64,000 bases of DNA from NCBI GenBank assembly GCA_963811165.1, contig CAWEQH010000010.1, positions 64,001 through 128,000 of the forward strand. Direction: 5' to 3'. Positions 20,851 through 29,791 of the stretch are shown here, one piece after another. The notes under the pieces are model-generated. The model was not told the origin of the DNA, did no database searches, and was given only the letters and a program-made list of their open reading frames with translations. How positions within the stretch are numbered: position 1 is the first letter of the stretch; every line of letters starts with the position of its first letter. The translations under genes and the position numbers were made by a program. The DNA comes from an uncultured Nitrospiraceae bacterium. Its GTDB lineage: Bacteria > Nitrospirota > Thermodesulfovibrionia > Thermodesulfovibrionales > UBA6898.

Positions 20851-21794
20851 TGGAGTCTCTGCCCGCGCTTTTCTTAAATACTGTTTTCCTGAGGCCTTAC
20901 GTTTTTATCTTTCTGCTTATTTATCTGTTGGGGTGTTCGTTGCATCTTGGACTGAAGAGGGCGGTCCTTTTCTGCATCGCAGGGTATGCGATAACCTGGA
21001 TGTCTGAGTATTCTTCCATCCATAACGGCTTTCCTTACGGATACTACCGATATATCGAGGCCACGAAGGCTGATGAACTTTGGGTATACGGGGTACCCTT
21101 CATGGATTCCCTGAGTTACGTGTTTCTTGCGTACGCGAGTTTCTCGATGGCGATCATGATACTCTCCCCCGTTATGAGAATCAAAGGCCTGATTTACGTT
21201 CTTGAAACGAAAAAAATCCGCAATGCGCTTCCCGCAACAGTTCTTGGTGCTCTTTTCATGACATATCTCGATATCATCATAGACCCGGTTGCGTTACGGG
21301 GAGACAAGTGGTTCCTCGGCAAGATACATGAATATCCCGGCGGCGGGGTCTATTTCGGCGTGCCCATCTCGAACTTCGCTGGCTGGTTTGTGGTCGGCTT
21401 TGCATTGATCTTCACTATTCAGAGGATAGACAGGTATTTGAGTGACGCAACCGATGTCACGGGCCACGCCTTCCAGTGGAGGTACCTCATAGGCCCCGCG
21501 CTGTATTTCTCAGTCCTCGCCTTTAATTTGAGCATTACTTTTTTTATCGGCGAGTACACTATGGGATGGGTGGGGATTTTTATTGTCGTATGTCCGACTG
21601 TGCTCCTTCTGTATTTCACGAAGATGAAGCTTTCCAGTCAGGATAACGAAGACCTCTTGGACCACTTGAAGGATTTTCCAAAGGCTGGGATACCTAAGGA
21701 AATGAATATTTTTTGTCGGCAGTTGGGTTGCAGATCGGGATTTTCTGCGCTATGGTTAAAGAAGGAAAACCCGACGACAATGGAGGATAAATGA
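20850..21794 (+). CDS. CruF/DUF422-like membrane protein (carotenoid hydratase family)
   Basis: EYSSIHNGFPYGYY, GVPF, DIIIDPVA, YFGVPISNFAGW; ATG overlaps the hpnH stop. Confidence 0.75.
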   Translation: MESLPALFLNTVFLRPYVFIFLLIYLLGCSLHLGLKRAVLFCIAGYAITWMSEYSSIHNGFPYGYYRYIEATKADELWVYGVPFMDSLSYVFLAYASFSMAIMILSPVMRIKGLIYVLETKKIRNALPATVLGALFMTYLDIIIDPVALRGDKWFLGKIHEYPGGGVYFGVPISNFAGWFVVGFALIFTIQRIDRYLSDATDVTGHAFQWRYLIGPALYFSVLAFNLSITFFIGEYTMGWVGIFIVVCPTVLLLYFTKMKLSSQDNEDLLDHLKDFPKAGIPKEMNIFCRQLGCRSGFSALWLKKENPTTMEDK

Positions 21795-21925
21795 CAAGGA
21801 TACTGAGCGTTGTCCTGATGCTGTGTATCGCTGCAATTTTTATGGGATGCGCGACTTCTCAATATCAGGGGGACCGGACACCGGAGATGCATCCGGGGCA
21901 TACCGGCCACGAAGTGCATTATTAG
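21791..21925 (+). CDS. 44-aa small lipoprotein with a His-containing tail (not in ORF track)
   Basis: GGAGGA RBS; MTRILSVVLMLCIAAIFMG-CATSQYQGDRTPEMHPGHTGHEVHY*. Confidence 0.6.
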   Translation: MTRILSVVLMLCIAAIFMGCATSQYQGDRTPEMHPGHTGHEVHY

Positions 21926-21948
21926 CAGGCCTCTGAGAATTTAAAATT

Positions 21949-22722
21949 TCAGTTTAGCTTTCGGGCGACAATATCTAGAAAAGATTCTGCCAGGGCGGCC
22001 AGGTTTTTGGCCGCCTTTCTGGAATTCCTGCCGAGCCATACAATATCTTTGACAAGTCCGGGTCTCTGAAGGACCGACTTAAGTAGCCAGAAATATGCTA
22101 TGTTGCCGGAGATGTCATGTGCATCGAGAAGTTCCCGCGGAATTTCCTGGAAGGCCGTATCGGATACGGCACGTGCAGCAAAAAAAGGAATTCCTCCCTC
22201 AAGCGCAGTCCTTGCAAGAACAAACGTCTCCATGTCACAAACCGGAAACGAGATGCCATCAGGCAAGATTTTGCGTATTTCGTCCTTCCTCACAAAGTGC
22301 TCAAGGGTCAATATGCACCCCTCACGATAAGAAATTGATCCGGCCAGTCCATCCGCTATTTTTTTCGCTTCGGGCAAAAAAATGTCGGAAATTTCAGGTG
22401 TTCCCCTTCCGGAAAACTTATCGCTGATAAAAAAAACTCTCGATGCCCAAATAAGATCTCCGGCAGCAAGCCCTTCATAAAGGGCGCCGCCGAAGCCCAG
22501 TGATAGTATAAAGTCAGGGTGAAGCTCTCGTAAGAGGGATTCCAGAGAAGACTCTGAATTAAGAGTGCCGATGCCGGTTCTGAGTAGAGTTATCTTGGAG
22601 GATTTCGTCTGGAACGAAAAGACAGCTCCGTTAGAGCTTTTCTCCCCTTTAGTCTTTGAAAGGTCTCTGCGTATAAATTTCAATTCCTGAGGGTTAGCGG
22701 CACAGATCAGCACCTTTTTCAT
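21949..22722 (-). CDS. hpnG: HpnG-like nucleoside phosphorylase family protein
   Basis: RTGIG, SLGFGGAL, CDMET, RAVSD motifs; cluster context. Confidence 0.75.
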   Translation of the reverse strand: MKKVLICAANPQELKFIRRDLSKTKGEKSSNGAVFSFQTKSSKITLLRTGIGTLNSESSLESLLRELHPDFILSLGFGGALYEGLAAGDLIWASRVFFISDKFSGRGTPEISDIFLPEAKKIADGLAGSISYREGCILTLEHFVRKDEIRKILPDGISFPVCDMETFVLARTALEGGIPFFAARAVSDTAFQEIPRELLDAHDISGNIAYFWLLKSVLQRPGLVKDIVWLGRNSRKAAKNLAALAESFLDIVARKLN

Positions 22723-22811
22723 ATTGACAGTTTACCCGTTTTCGATAGATTATAGCAGGTACATACGCTGCTTTTGATTATCAATACCCCTTAAGGGCGG
22801 CGAGCACTATA

Positions 22812-23981
22812 ATGATGTATATCGGATATACAAAGATTGTCCTTATGACTAGTATCTTGGCCGGATGCGGTTACAGTGTTTATGCACTGTTTTGCGTGGT
22901 TCGCTTTTTTTCATCGCGGGCGAATGACCCTGGTGAAAATAGACTCATGCCGATATCTGTTCTTAAGCCGGTGAAGGGTCTCGATCCTGACTTTCGGGAA
23001 AACATAGAAAGTTTTTGCCGGCAGGACTATCCGGAATACGAGGTGCTTCTTGGCTTTACTGATGAAGACGACGAAGCAGTGAAGGTCGCACAGGAGGTTG
23101 CGGGTTCGAGCCCCGAGGGGCGTGTCCGTGTTGTGGTAAGTCATGAGGATATGGGTATTAACCTCAAGGTCTCGAATCTCCAGGGACTTCTCAAAGAGGC
23201 GAGATATCCTGTCTTGGTGATAAGCGACAGCGACATGAGGGTGGGGAAGGATTATCTCAAGACCATTGCCCGTGAGTACCAGAGCCAACCGGGCGTCGGT
23301 CTCGTCACCTCGCTTTATAAGATATCCAATCCGGCTACTGCAGGGGCAGCGCTTGAGTCCCTTACGATCGCCCTCGATTTCATCCCGTCGGTTTTAGTTG
23401 CAAGGGAGCTTGAGGGAATGACCTTCGGACTTGGAGCATCGATGCTTCTTTCAAGGGACGCCATAGAGGAGATGGGCGGCCTCAGGGCGATAGCCGATTA
23501 TCTTGCAGATGATTACCAGATCGGCAACAGGCTTTCAAAAAAAGGTCATAAGATAATCCTTTCCGGATATGTTATCGAAGACGTTGCCGGCGATATGCTG
23601 CTTCAGGAATATTACGTGCATCAGCTGAGATGGGCGCGGACCTATAAGGCGTCCCGACCCTGGGGATTTTTCGGCTATGGAATAACCCATATTTTTCCCC
23701 TCTCGCTGCTTTTTTTTGGCCTGGAAGGCCCGACTGCCTTTTCCCTGTCGGTTCTAAGTGCGACGCTACTCATACGGCTGAGCCTTGCGGCGGCGGCATA
23801 TCGATTTGTGATACGCAGGGGAAGATGGCTGCGCTGGCTTTATCTGCTGCCGTTAAAGGATGTTTCTGCCTTTATCATATGGGCATGGAGTTTTGCCGGC
23901 CGGAGGGTCGTCTGGAGAGGGACCTCCTATACGATTGGAAAAGGTGGGACAGTGACCGAGTCTGCCTCAAGGCGTCTTTGA
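22812..23981 (+). CDS. hpnI: HpnI glycosyltransferase
   Basis: SVLKPVKG, NLKVSNL, SDSDMRV, LADDYQIG, HQLRWART. Confidence 0.9.
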   Translation: MMYIGYTKIVLMTSILAGCGYSVYALFCVVRFFSSRANDPGENRLMPISVLKPVKGLDPDFRENIESFCRQDYPEYEVLLGFTDEDDEAVKVAQEVAGSSPEGRVRVVVSHEDMGINLKVSNLQGLLKEARYPVLVISDSDMRVGKDYLKTIAREYQSQPGVGLVTSLYKISNPATAGAALESLTIALDFIPSVLVARELEGMTFGLGASMLLSRDAIEEMGGLRAIADYLADDYQIGNRLSKKGHKIILSGYVIEDVAGDMLLQEYYVHQLRWARTYKASRPWGFFGYGITHIFPLSLLFFGLEGPTAFSLSVLSATLLIRLSLAAAAYRFVIRRGRWLRWLYLLPLKDVSAFIIWAWSFAGRRVVWRGTSYTIGKGGTVTESASRRL

Positions 23982-24157
23982 GAAGAAATTGCACCGGCAA
24001 CAATATAATAGGTTGTAACCGGCTGGCCGTTTTTTGCGTCTTTGTTATATAATCTGTGTCATAAGAAGTAGAATTCCGCGAAGTCGAACTTCGGGGAGAT
24101 ACTTTTAGTTATATCCCGGTCCTTTAAAGGAAAATACCTATAAAGCAGGAGGCAATT

Positions 24158-24865
24158 ATGGAAAGACTCGACAGACGTAAATGGTTGGTGGTTTGTACGC
24201 TCTTGATCGTGGGAGTAATGCCGCTATTTCTGGGTGGCTGCGGATCAAATCAAAGTTCCCCGACCTTTAACATTACAGGCGGCTGGTACACGTTTTATTC
24301 GACAACAGGCACAGCGGGAGCGCAGGGGCCGAATTTGTTTACATTTACCGCAGCGGAAAACAACATTACCGGAGTCACCTCCCAAGGCCAGCCGATTACA
24401 GGCCAGATCACCGGACTGGATATTTCCTTTTCCTTTGTTGACAGCGATGGGGCTACTAATACTACGACCGGAACGGTCTCTGGGACCGATGGCTCTACCA
24501 TGTCCGGCACATGGACTAAAAGCAACGGGCAATCAGGGACATGGGAAGCAGTGATAAGTCTGGTTCCGCAGGTCAGCGTTGCGGGCAACTGGAACATGTT
24601 TCTAACGACGACCGGCGGCAGCGGAGAGCAGGGACTGGGTCTCTTTACATTCACGCAATCGGGAAACGGCGTTTCGGGAACTACGTCTGACAGCAACTCG
24701 ATCATAGGCGCTATCGGCCGTCTGGACATTACCTTTTTCTGGACGGGAACCGATGGAGTCACTCGCACTTTGATCGGGATAATAACCGCCGATGGGACCG
24801 GCATGTCGGGCACATGGTCTGACACGAGCGGCAAATCGGGCACGTGGCGGGCAACCAAGAGCTAG
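24158..24865 (+). CDS. Lipoprotein with two tandem ~97-aa Thr/Gly-rich beta domains
   Basis: GGAGG RBS, lipobox LGGC, internal duplication (G-W...QG..LFTFT...LDI.F...DG..MSGTW..SGTW). Confidence 0.8.
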   Translation: MERLDRRKWLVVCTLLIVGVMPLFLGGCGSNQSSPTFNITGGWYTFYSTTGTAGAQGPNLFTFTAAENNITGVTSQGQPITGQITGLDISFSFVDSDGATNTTTGTVSGTDGSTMSGTWTKSNGQSGTWEAVISLVPQVSVAGNWNMFLTTTGGSGEQGLGLFTFTQSGNGVSGTTSDSNSIIGAIGRLDITFFWTGTDGVTRTLIGIITADGTGMSGTWSDTSGKSGTWRATKS

Positions 24866-25344
24866 TGGATGGACTTTGGGTCATGGCGATTAGTACCATG
24901 GCATGAAGTAATATTTGCCCTTATCTGAAATATACTGACGGGCAGCCGGTTTAGAGCAGTTTTCGGCCGGCTGCCTATCGGTTGTTCTTTTCCTGCTTCA
25001 GCAGATTCACGAAACTCCCCGTCCAACGAAGATCAACCCGGATCATTTCTTCGATCTCGTAAAGTCCGTTGGTAAATGTCCTGGGACACTACCAAATCCC
25101 TCTGATACTAATCCGGGCCTGTTCGCATCTTTTTTCCTTTCGAAGGCCCAGTTGCCCCTTATCGGCCTCCTCTGGAGATTGGAAAAAATTGTTATAAAAT
25201 GTGACATATCAATGGTCACGAAATTATCACGGAAAGATAAAATGTTGGTCACTGATGGTTTCTTGCCACGTTGTAATATGGGTTATTGTGATATGCTTAT
25301 TATGAATATTGGCAACAGTAAGAATGCTCAGGGAGCAAAAACGC

Positions 25345-26065
25345 ATGCCTCGCAGAATCCTTGTAATTGAAGACGATAAAGATATAGCCCATCTTGTTGA
25401 GCTCCATCTGAAAGATACGGGGTATGAAGTGACTCTGGCCCACGATGGTAATGCCGGCCTCGACCGGGCGCTCTCGAAACCCTATGATCTGATTATTCTG
25501 GACCTCATGCTCCCGGGGATGGACGGGCTGGAGATCTGTCGGCGCGTGAGGGCCGCGGTAGTGTATACCCCCGTGGTGGTGCTGACGTCCAAGTCTTCCG
25601 AACTTGACCGGGTCCTCGGTCTGGAGATCGGAGCAGACGATTATCTGACGAAACCATTCAGTATCCGGGAACTTATTGCGCGGGTCAAGGCGCTGTTCCG
25701 CCGCATAGAGGCGTTAAAGTCGGAAGCATCTCAGAAGTCGCGGAGACTGATTCAGACAGGTGATCTTGATTATAGATGTGGAAAAGCGGAGCGTCACGCT
25801 CCAGGGAAATCCCGTGTCCCTGACAGCCAAAGAGTTCGACCTCCTGATCCACTTTGCCAATCAACCCGGAAGGGTCTATACACGGATGGAATTGCTGAAC
25901 TTGGTCTGGGGGTACGGCTATGAAGGCTACGAGCATACTGTGAATTCTCACATCAATCGTCTGAGGGCAAAAATCGAGAAAGATCCTGCCAGGCCCCGTT
26001 ACATTTTGACTGTCTGGGGGGTCGGGTACAAGTTCTCCGATCCAGAAGATTTTAAAAAGGGATAG
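25345..26065 (+). pseudogene. OmpR-family response regulator with a +1 frameshift near 25765 (pseudogene or sequencing error)
   Basis: Receiver motifs (ILVIEDD, DLMLP, ADDYLTKPF) in one frame and winged-helix motifs (LTAKEFDLL, HINRLRAKIE, TVWGVGYKF) in another; deleting one T gives 239 aa. Confidence 0.85.
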
Positions 26066-26069
26066 TGTC

Positions 26070-27539
26070 GTGTTCAAAAACCTTTATTGTAAACTGGCTG
26101 CTGTGCTGGTAGGTCTGTTCTGCCTGACCGGGGTCCTCTTCATCCTGCTGACCCTCTACACCACACGTGTCTATTTTCAGGAAGTGAACCAGACGCTCAA
26201 TCGTGCGCTGGCACAGCACCTGATTTCAGAAAAGATACTGATGAAAGCGGGGCGCGTCAATGAACCGGTCCTTAAGAATGTTTTTCATACGCTTATGGTC
26301 GTCAATCCCGGAATAGAGGTCTATCTTCTCGATCCAAAAGGCAGAATCCTGGCATTTTCAGCGCCTCCTGGAAAGGTTAAAAGACAGACCGTATCACTAA
26401 AACCCCTGAAGGAATTCCTTGACGAGACCGGTTCATTTCCCATTCTGGGCGATGATCCTCGTGACCTCGAACGGAAAAAAGTGTTCTCTGTCGCTCCGGT
26501 TCCTCTCAAAGGCCCAATCGAAGGATATCTTTACGTCATCCTGGGCGGCGAAGAATTCGAATCGGCCGCCCAGTTGCTGCAGGGCAGCTATATTCTCCGG
26601 CTTAGCATATGGGCCGGAGCAGGGGGATTGCTGTTTGCCTTAATAACCGCGCTGCTTCTCTTCAACCGAATGACTCGACCGCTTCGGCAGCTAACTAAAT
26701 CCATGGAAACTTTCAGGCAGAGCGATTTCTCGGAGCATCCCGATTTTTTGCGCACCTTTAAGGGCGGCTCGCGGGATGAGATCGACCTCCTTGGATCGAT
26801 CTTCTGGCAGATGTCCGAGCGTATCATTCAACTGATAAAGGACCTCAAACACGTCGATACGCTCCGACGTGAATTAGTGACCAATATTGCCCACGATCTT
26901 CGGACTCCCCTGACATCCCTCCAGGGATACCTTGAGACCTTACTGCTGAAGAAAGGAGAGTTGACGCCGGAAGAGCAACAGGATTATCTCACGATTGCTA
27001 TGAAGCGTTCCAATCAATTAGGAAAGCTGGTTTCGGAGCTCTTTGAACTCGCGAAACTGGATTCACCCGACGTCCAGGTCCGCTTCGAATCCTTCTCTCC
27101 GGGTGAACTCATTCAGGATATCGCGCAGAAGTTCAGGCTTGTTGCCGAGAAGAAAAAGATCAGTCTCCAAACAAACTTCGTGGAAAATCTCCCCTTTGTT
27201 TCTGCAGACATCGGGCTGATCGAACGGGTGTTTGAGAACCTCATTGAAAATGCCGTCAGGTTCACGCCTGAAAACGGCTGTATTACCATCACGGTGGTTC
27301 CTAAGGAGGAGAGGGTGATGTTTCAGGTCTCCGATACCGGCTCAGGCATCCAGCCGGAGGACCTTCCGCATCTCTTTGATCGCTCTTATCTCATGAAAAG
27401 GGAGCGTGCGAAAGACACGGAGGGGGCCGGACTCGGCTTGGCGATCACCAAAAGAATCTTGGAACTACATGGAAGCGACATTGAGGTCAAGAGTGAGGTA
27501 AGTGTCGGTACGACTTTCTCATTCACCCTGCCGGTCTGA
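26070..27539 (+). CDS. HAMP-domain sensor histidine kinase
   Basis: Two TM helices, HDLRTPL H-box, NLIENA, DTGSGI, GLGLAI. Confidence 0.95.
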   Translation: MFKNLYCKLAAVLVGLFCLTGVLFILLTLYTTRVYFQEVNQTLNRALAQHLISEKILMKAGRVNEPVLKNVFHTLMVVNPGIEVYLLDPKGRILAFSAPPGKVKRQTVSLKPLKEFLDETGSFPILGDDPRDLERKKVFSVAPVPLKGPIEGYLYVILGGEEFESAAQLLQGSYILRLSIWAGAGGLLFALITALLLFNRMTRPLRQLTKSMETFRQSDFSEHPDFLRTFKGGSRDEIDLLGSIFWQMSERIIQLIKDLKHVDTLRRELVTNIAHDLRTPLTSLQGYLETLLLKKGELTPEEQQDYLTIAMKRSNQLGKLVSELFELAKLDSPDVQVRFESFSPGELIQDIAQKFRLVAEKKKISLQTNFVENLPFVSADIGLIERVFENLIENAVRFTPENGCITITVVPKEERVMFQVSDTGSGIQPEDLPHLFDRSYLMKRERAKDTEGAGLGLAITKRILELHGSDIEVKSEVSVGTTFSFTLPV

Positions 27540-27686
27540 GACTCCGGCAATTGTCAATCGAAGTCTCAGTGTAGAGTGAAGGTCTTGACGATGATCGCGA
27601 ATTGGCGCATCCCGCGTGCGGACGAGGTTATAATTTCCAATAGTTAAGTTCCCGCAGGGCGGCCTTCTTTTTCTAAAATCTTCGTC

Positions 27687-27725
27687 CATGACAGAATTGT
27701 TATTTTATTGTGACTTTGTTGTGAT
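27687..27725 (+). promoter_or_regulatory. Four direct repeats at 11-bp period (candidate response-regulator box)
   Basis: CATGAC 27687, TGTTAT 27698, TGTGAC 27709, TGTGAT 27720. Confidence 0.55.
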
Positions 27726-28018
27726 TTTCTACTGCTAACTTGGAATTAAAGAATATCCTCTCCATGCAGATAGCCACTCGTGAAATTCGGCATCAGCAGC
27801 GAGCTATAGTGGGATCATACGAGCTTTTGATGTTTGTCAGGGAGGCAGGCAGGTTTTTCAGTAATGATGCAAAAAAGGAGGTGATGAAAAAGAGATGGAT
27901 TAAAGAACGTGCAAACGGAGGCATTAATAAGGTGAAAAAGGTGGTGAACAAAAAAGAGAGAATTTAAGAAACGCCCGAATACCTCCTAAACGGGTATGAA
28001 ATCGAAAGGAGAGATGAG

Positions 28019-28558
28019 ATGGACAAAAGGATATTATTGTTTATTATGGTTATCTTCACTGCGGCGATACTTATCTCGACGGTCGCTGGCTGTGGGAGCA
28101 GCGCTCCTGCCCAGATCGAGGCCAGCAGCGTTCAACTCCCTTTGGTGAACTGCTGGTACAAGGGCCAGGTGGCCTATTACATCCAAACAGAGGCATCCGA
28201 TCAACAAGTCGCCCAGCAGCAGGGCGTGAATTTCGTGCCGCGGCTGGCCAATGCGATCAATGCTGGGGCTGTGGATGATATCTTCGCGGTCACCAATTTC
28301 ACGCAGGGGAATGTGATCCCTTCGGCGCCGATTCCGGCTGGCCCAAACAACGCAGATCCCGATTATACTCCACTCTGGCAGGTGAGCACCGTAACGTGGA
28401 ACCAGGGCGCGACGCCGCACACGCTGAAATCGGAAGAGGATGTTCTGGCAGCCGAGGCAGCAGGAATGGTAACAATTGTGAAAACGAATATCGTCGTGAA
28501 CTGTCCGGTGATGTTTACTCCCCAAGGAGGTCTGCTGCCGACAGCAAAGCTCCTATGA
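28019..28558 (+). CDS. Hypothetical lipoprotein (DUF7482-like, tentative)
   Basis: AAGGAG RBS, lipobox VAGC, YYIQTEASD, DYTPLWQV, VVNCP. Confidence 0.75.
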   Translation: MDKRILLFIMVIFTAAILISTVAGCGSSAPAQIEASSVQLPLVNCWYKGQVAYYIQTEASDQQVAQQQGVNFVPRLANAINAGAVDDIFAVTNFTQGNVIPSAPIPAGPNNADPDYTPLWQVSTVTWNQGATPHTLKSEEDVLAAEAAGMVTIVKTNIVVNCPVMFTPQGGLLPTAKLL

Positions 28559-28715
28559 TGGGCCGGCCATAGTCTCGATGGGGACGTGTCGATAATGCGT
28601 CCCCATCTCTCGCCGGAGATATAACTAAATTGCGGAGGATGCGCTATATCTTCTGACTGTCTTTAAGGGCAGGGACAACGGAGTAAAGAGTACAATGAAG
28701 GGGAGGTGTTGACTT

Positions 28716-29021
28716 ATGAATTATATGAAGAACCAAATCACTCAGTCTCTAACTCTTTTTGTTTTGATGCTGTTTATCTTTTCAGTGTATGGGGTTTCTC
28801 TCGCACAAGATGCCGGGACATCCAAGGTGATCTTTTATGTTAAATGATATGATGTCGGCAAGGAGGCCCTGGAAGGGCTGAAAGGAGTGAGGAGAGTTGA
28901 AAAAAGCTTTCTCTACTTTAAAGAGATAAACACTGTGTATTATGATCCGGCAGTAATTACTATTGAAGAAATGGAAGTGGCCTTAAAGAAGGCCGGTACT
29001 TACCTGGGAACGGTTAAATAG
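28716..29021 (+). CDS. Candidate exported selenoprotein, 101 aa, mini-MsrA/HMA-like fold (TGA at 28845-28847 read as Sec44)
   Basis: GGAGGTG RBS, signal peptide, frame stays open 57 codons past the TGA, SECIS-like hairpin at +18, ungapped similarity to the MsrA core. Confidence 0.8.
28865..28879 (+). promoter_or_regulatory. Putative SECIS hairpin GGCCCT-GGA-AGGGCT
   Basis: Starts at +18 after the TGA; same offset and near-identical sequence to the fdh hairpin. Confidence 0.7.
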
Positions 29022-29159
29022 CCAGAAACGTCCATGTTTTCAATAAATGGCTAAATTCTCGCATATCGATGGCCTCTATCGACTTGCTATATCTTATGCG
29101 GTTGATATACTTCTCTTAGAAGCAAAGTAGATTTTTCTAATCGGTAAACAGGGGGCAAA

Positions 29160-29642
29160 ATGATGTCAGCGCGAATCTTAAGGAGAAACGAAAAGAATAC
29201 TGTTGCGGCAATTCTTATCATGGCGGTGTTCTCTTTATTAGCTTTAAGTCCTGCATTCGCAATCGATCCTGTCAACAAAACTTCTGATGGCGCGGCGATT
29301 AAAGGTTATGACCCTGTGGCATATTTTACCGATAGAAAACCTGTGAAAGGGAGCAGGGTCTTCGAATATGTCTGGATGGGCGCAAAGTGGCGCTTCTCGA
29401 ACGCCGGGCACAAAGATCTATTTATTAAAGACCCCGACAAATATGCGCCGAAGTACGGCGGTTATTGCGCGTATGCGGTTAGCCAGGGGACCACTGCCGA
29501 TATTGATCCTGATGCTTGGAACATTGTTGATGGAAGGCTGTACCTTAACCTCAGCAAAAGAATAAAGGACAAGTGGATCAAAGACATACCGGGATATATC
29601 AAAAAAGCGGACGAGAATTGGCCCAAAATACTTAAAAAATAG
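29160..29642 (+). CDS. Exported YHS-domain protein (Cys form of the YHS (seleno)protein family)
   Basis: AIKGYDPVAYF, WRFS, PDKYAPKYGGYCAYAV, GRLYLN; signal peptide. Confidence 0.85.
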   Translation: MMSARILRRNEKNTVAAILIMAVFSLLALSPAFAIDPVNKTSDGAAIKGYDPVAYFTDRKPVKGSRVFEYVWMGAKWRFSNAGHKDLFIKDPDKYAPKYGGYCAYAVSQGTTADIDPDAWNIVDGRLYLNLSKRIKDKWIKDIPGYIKKADENWPKILKK

Positions 29643-29791
29643 ACCAGTGAATATAGGCGACTGTAAGGGGGTGATAAAGGCAATCTTCAGAGGTCGGAGT
29701 TGAAGGGATTTGAGTTTATTTTTTCTTAAGGGTCCGAGGACAAACTAAAAACTAATTTAAGAAATTAGAAATGATTAAAGGAGGATTCGCC

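Noticed and set aside
27740..27967. 75-aa ORF upstream of the island lipoprotein
   Set aside because: No recognisable motif; the AAGGAGGTG abuts the internal ATG with no spacing; probably leader sequence or a remnant.
28556..28610. Sec read-through of the TGA ending the 28019-28558 lipoprotein
   Set aside because: The downstream hairpin is long, terminator-like and unlike the fdh SECIS, and the extension has no protein-like features.
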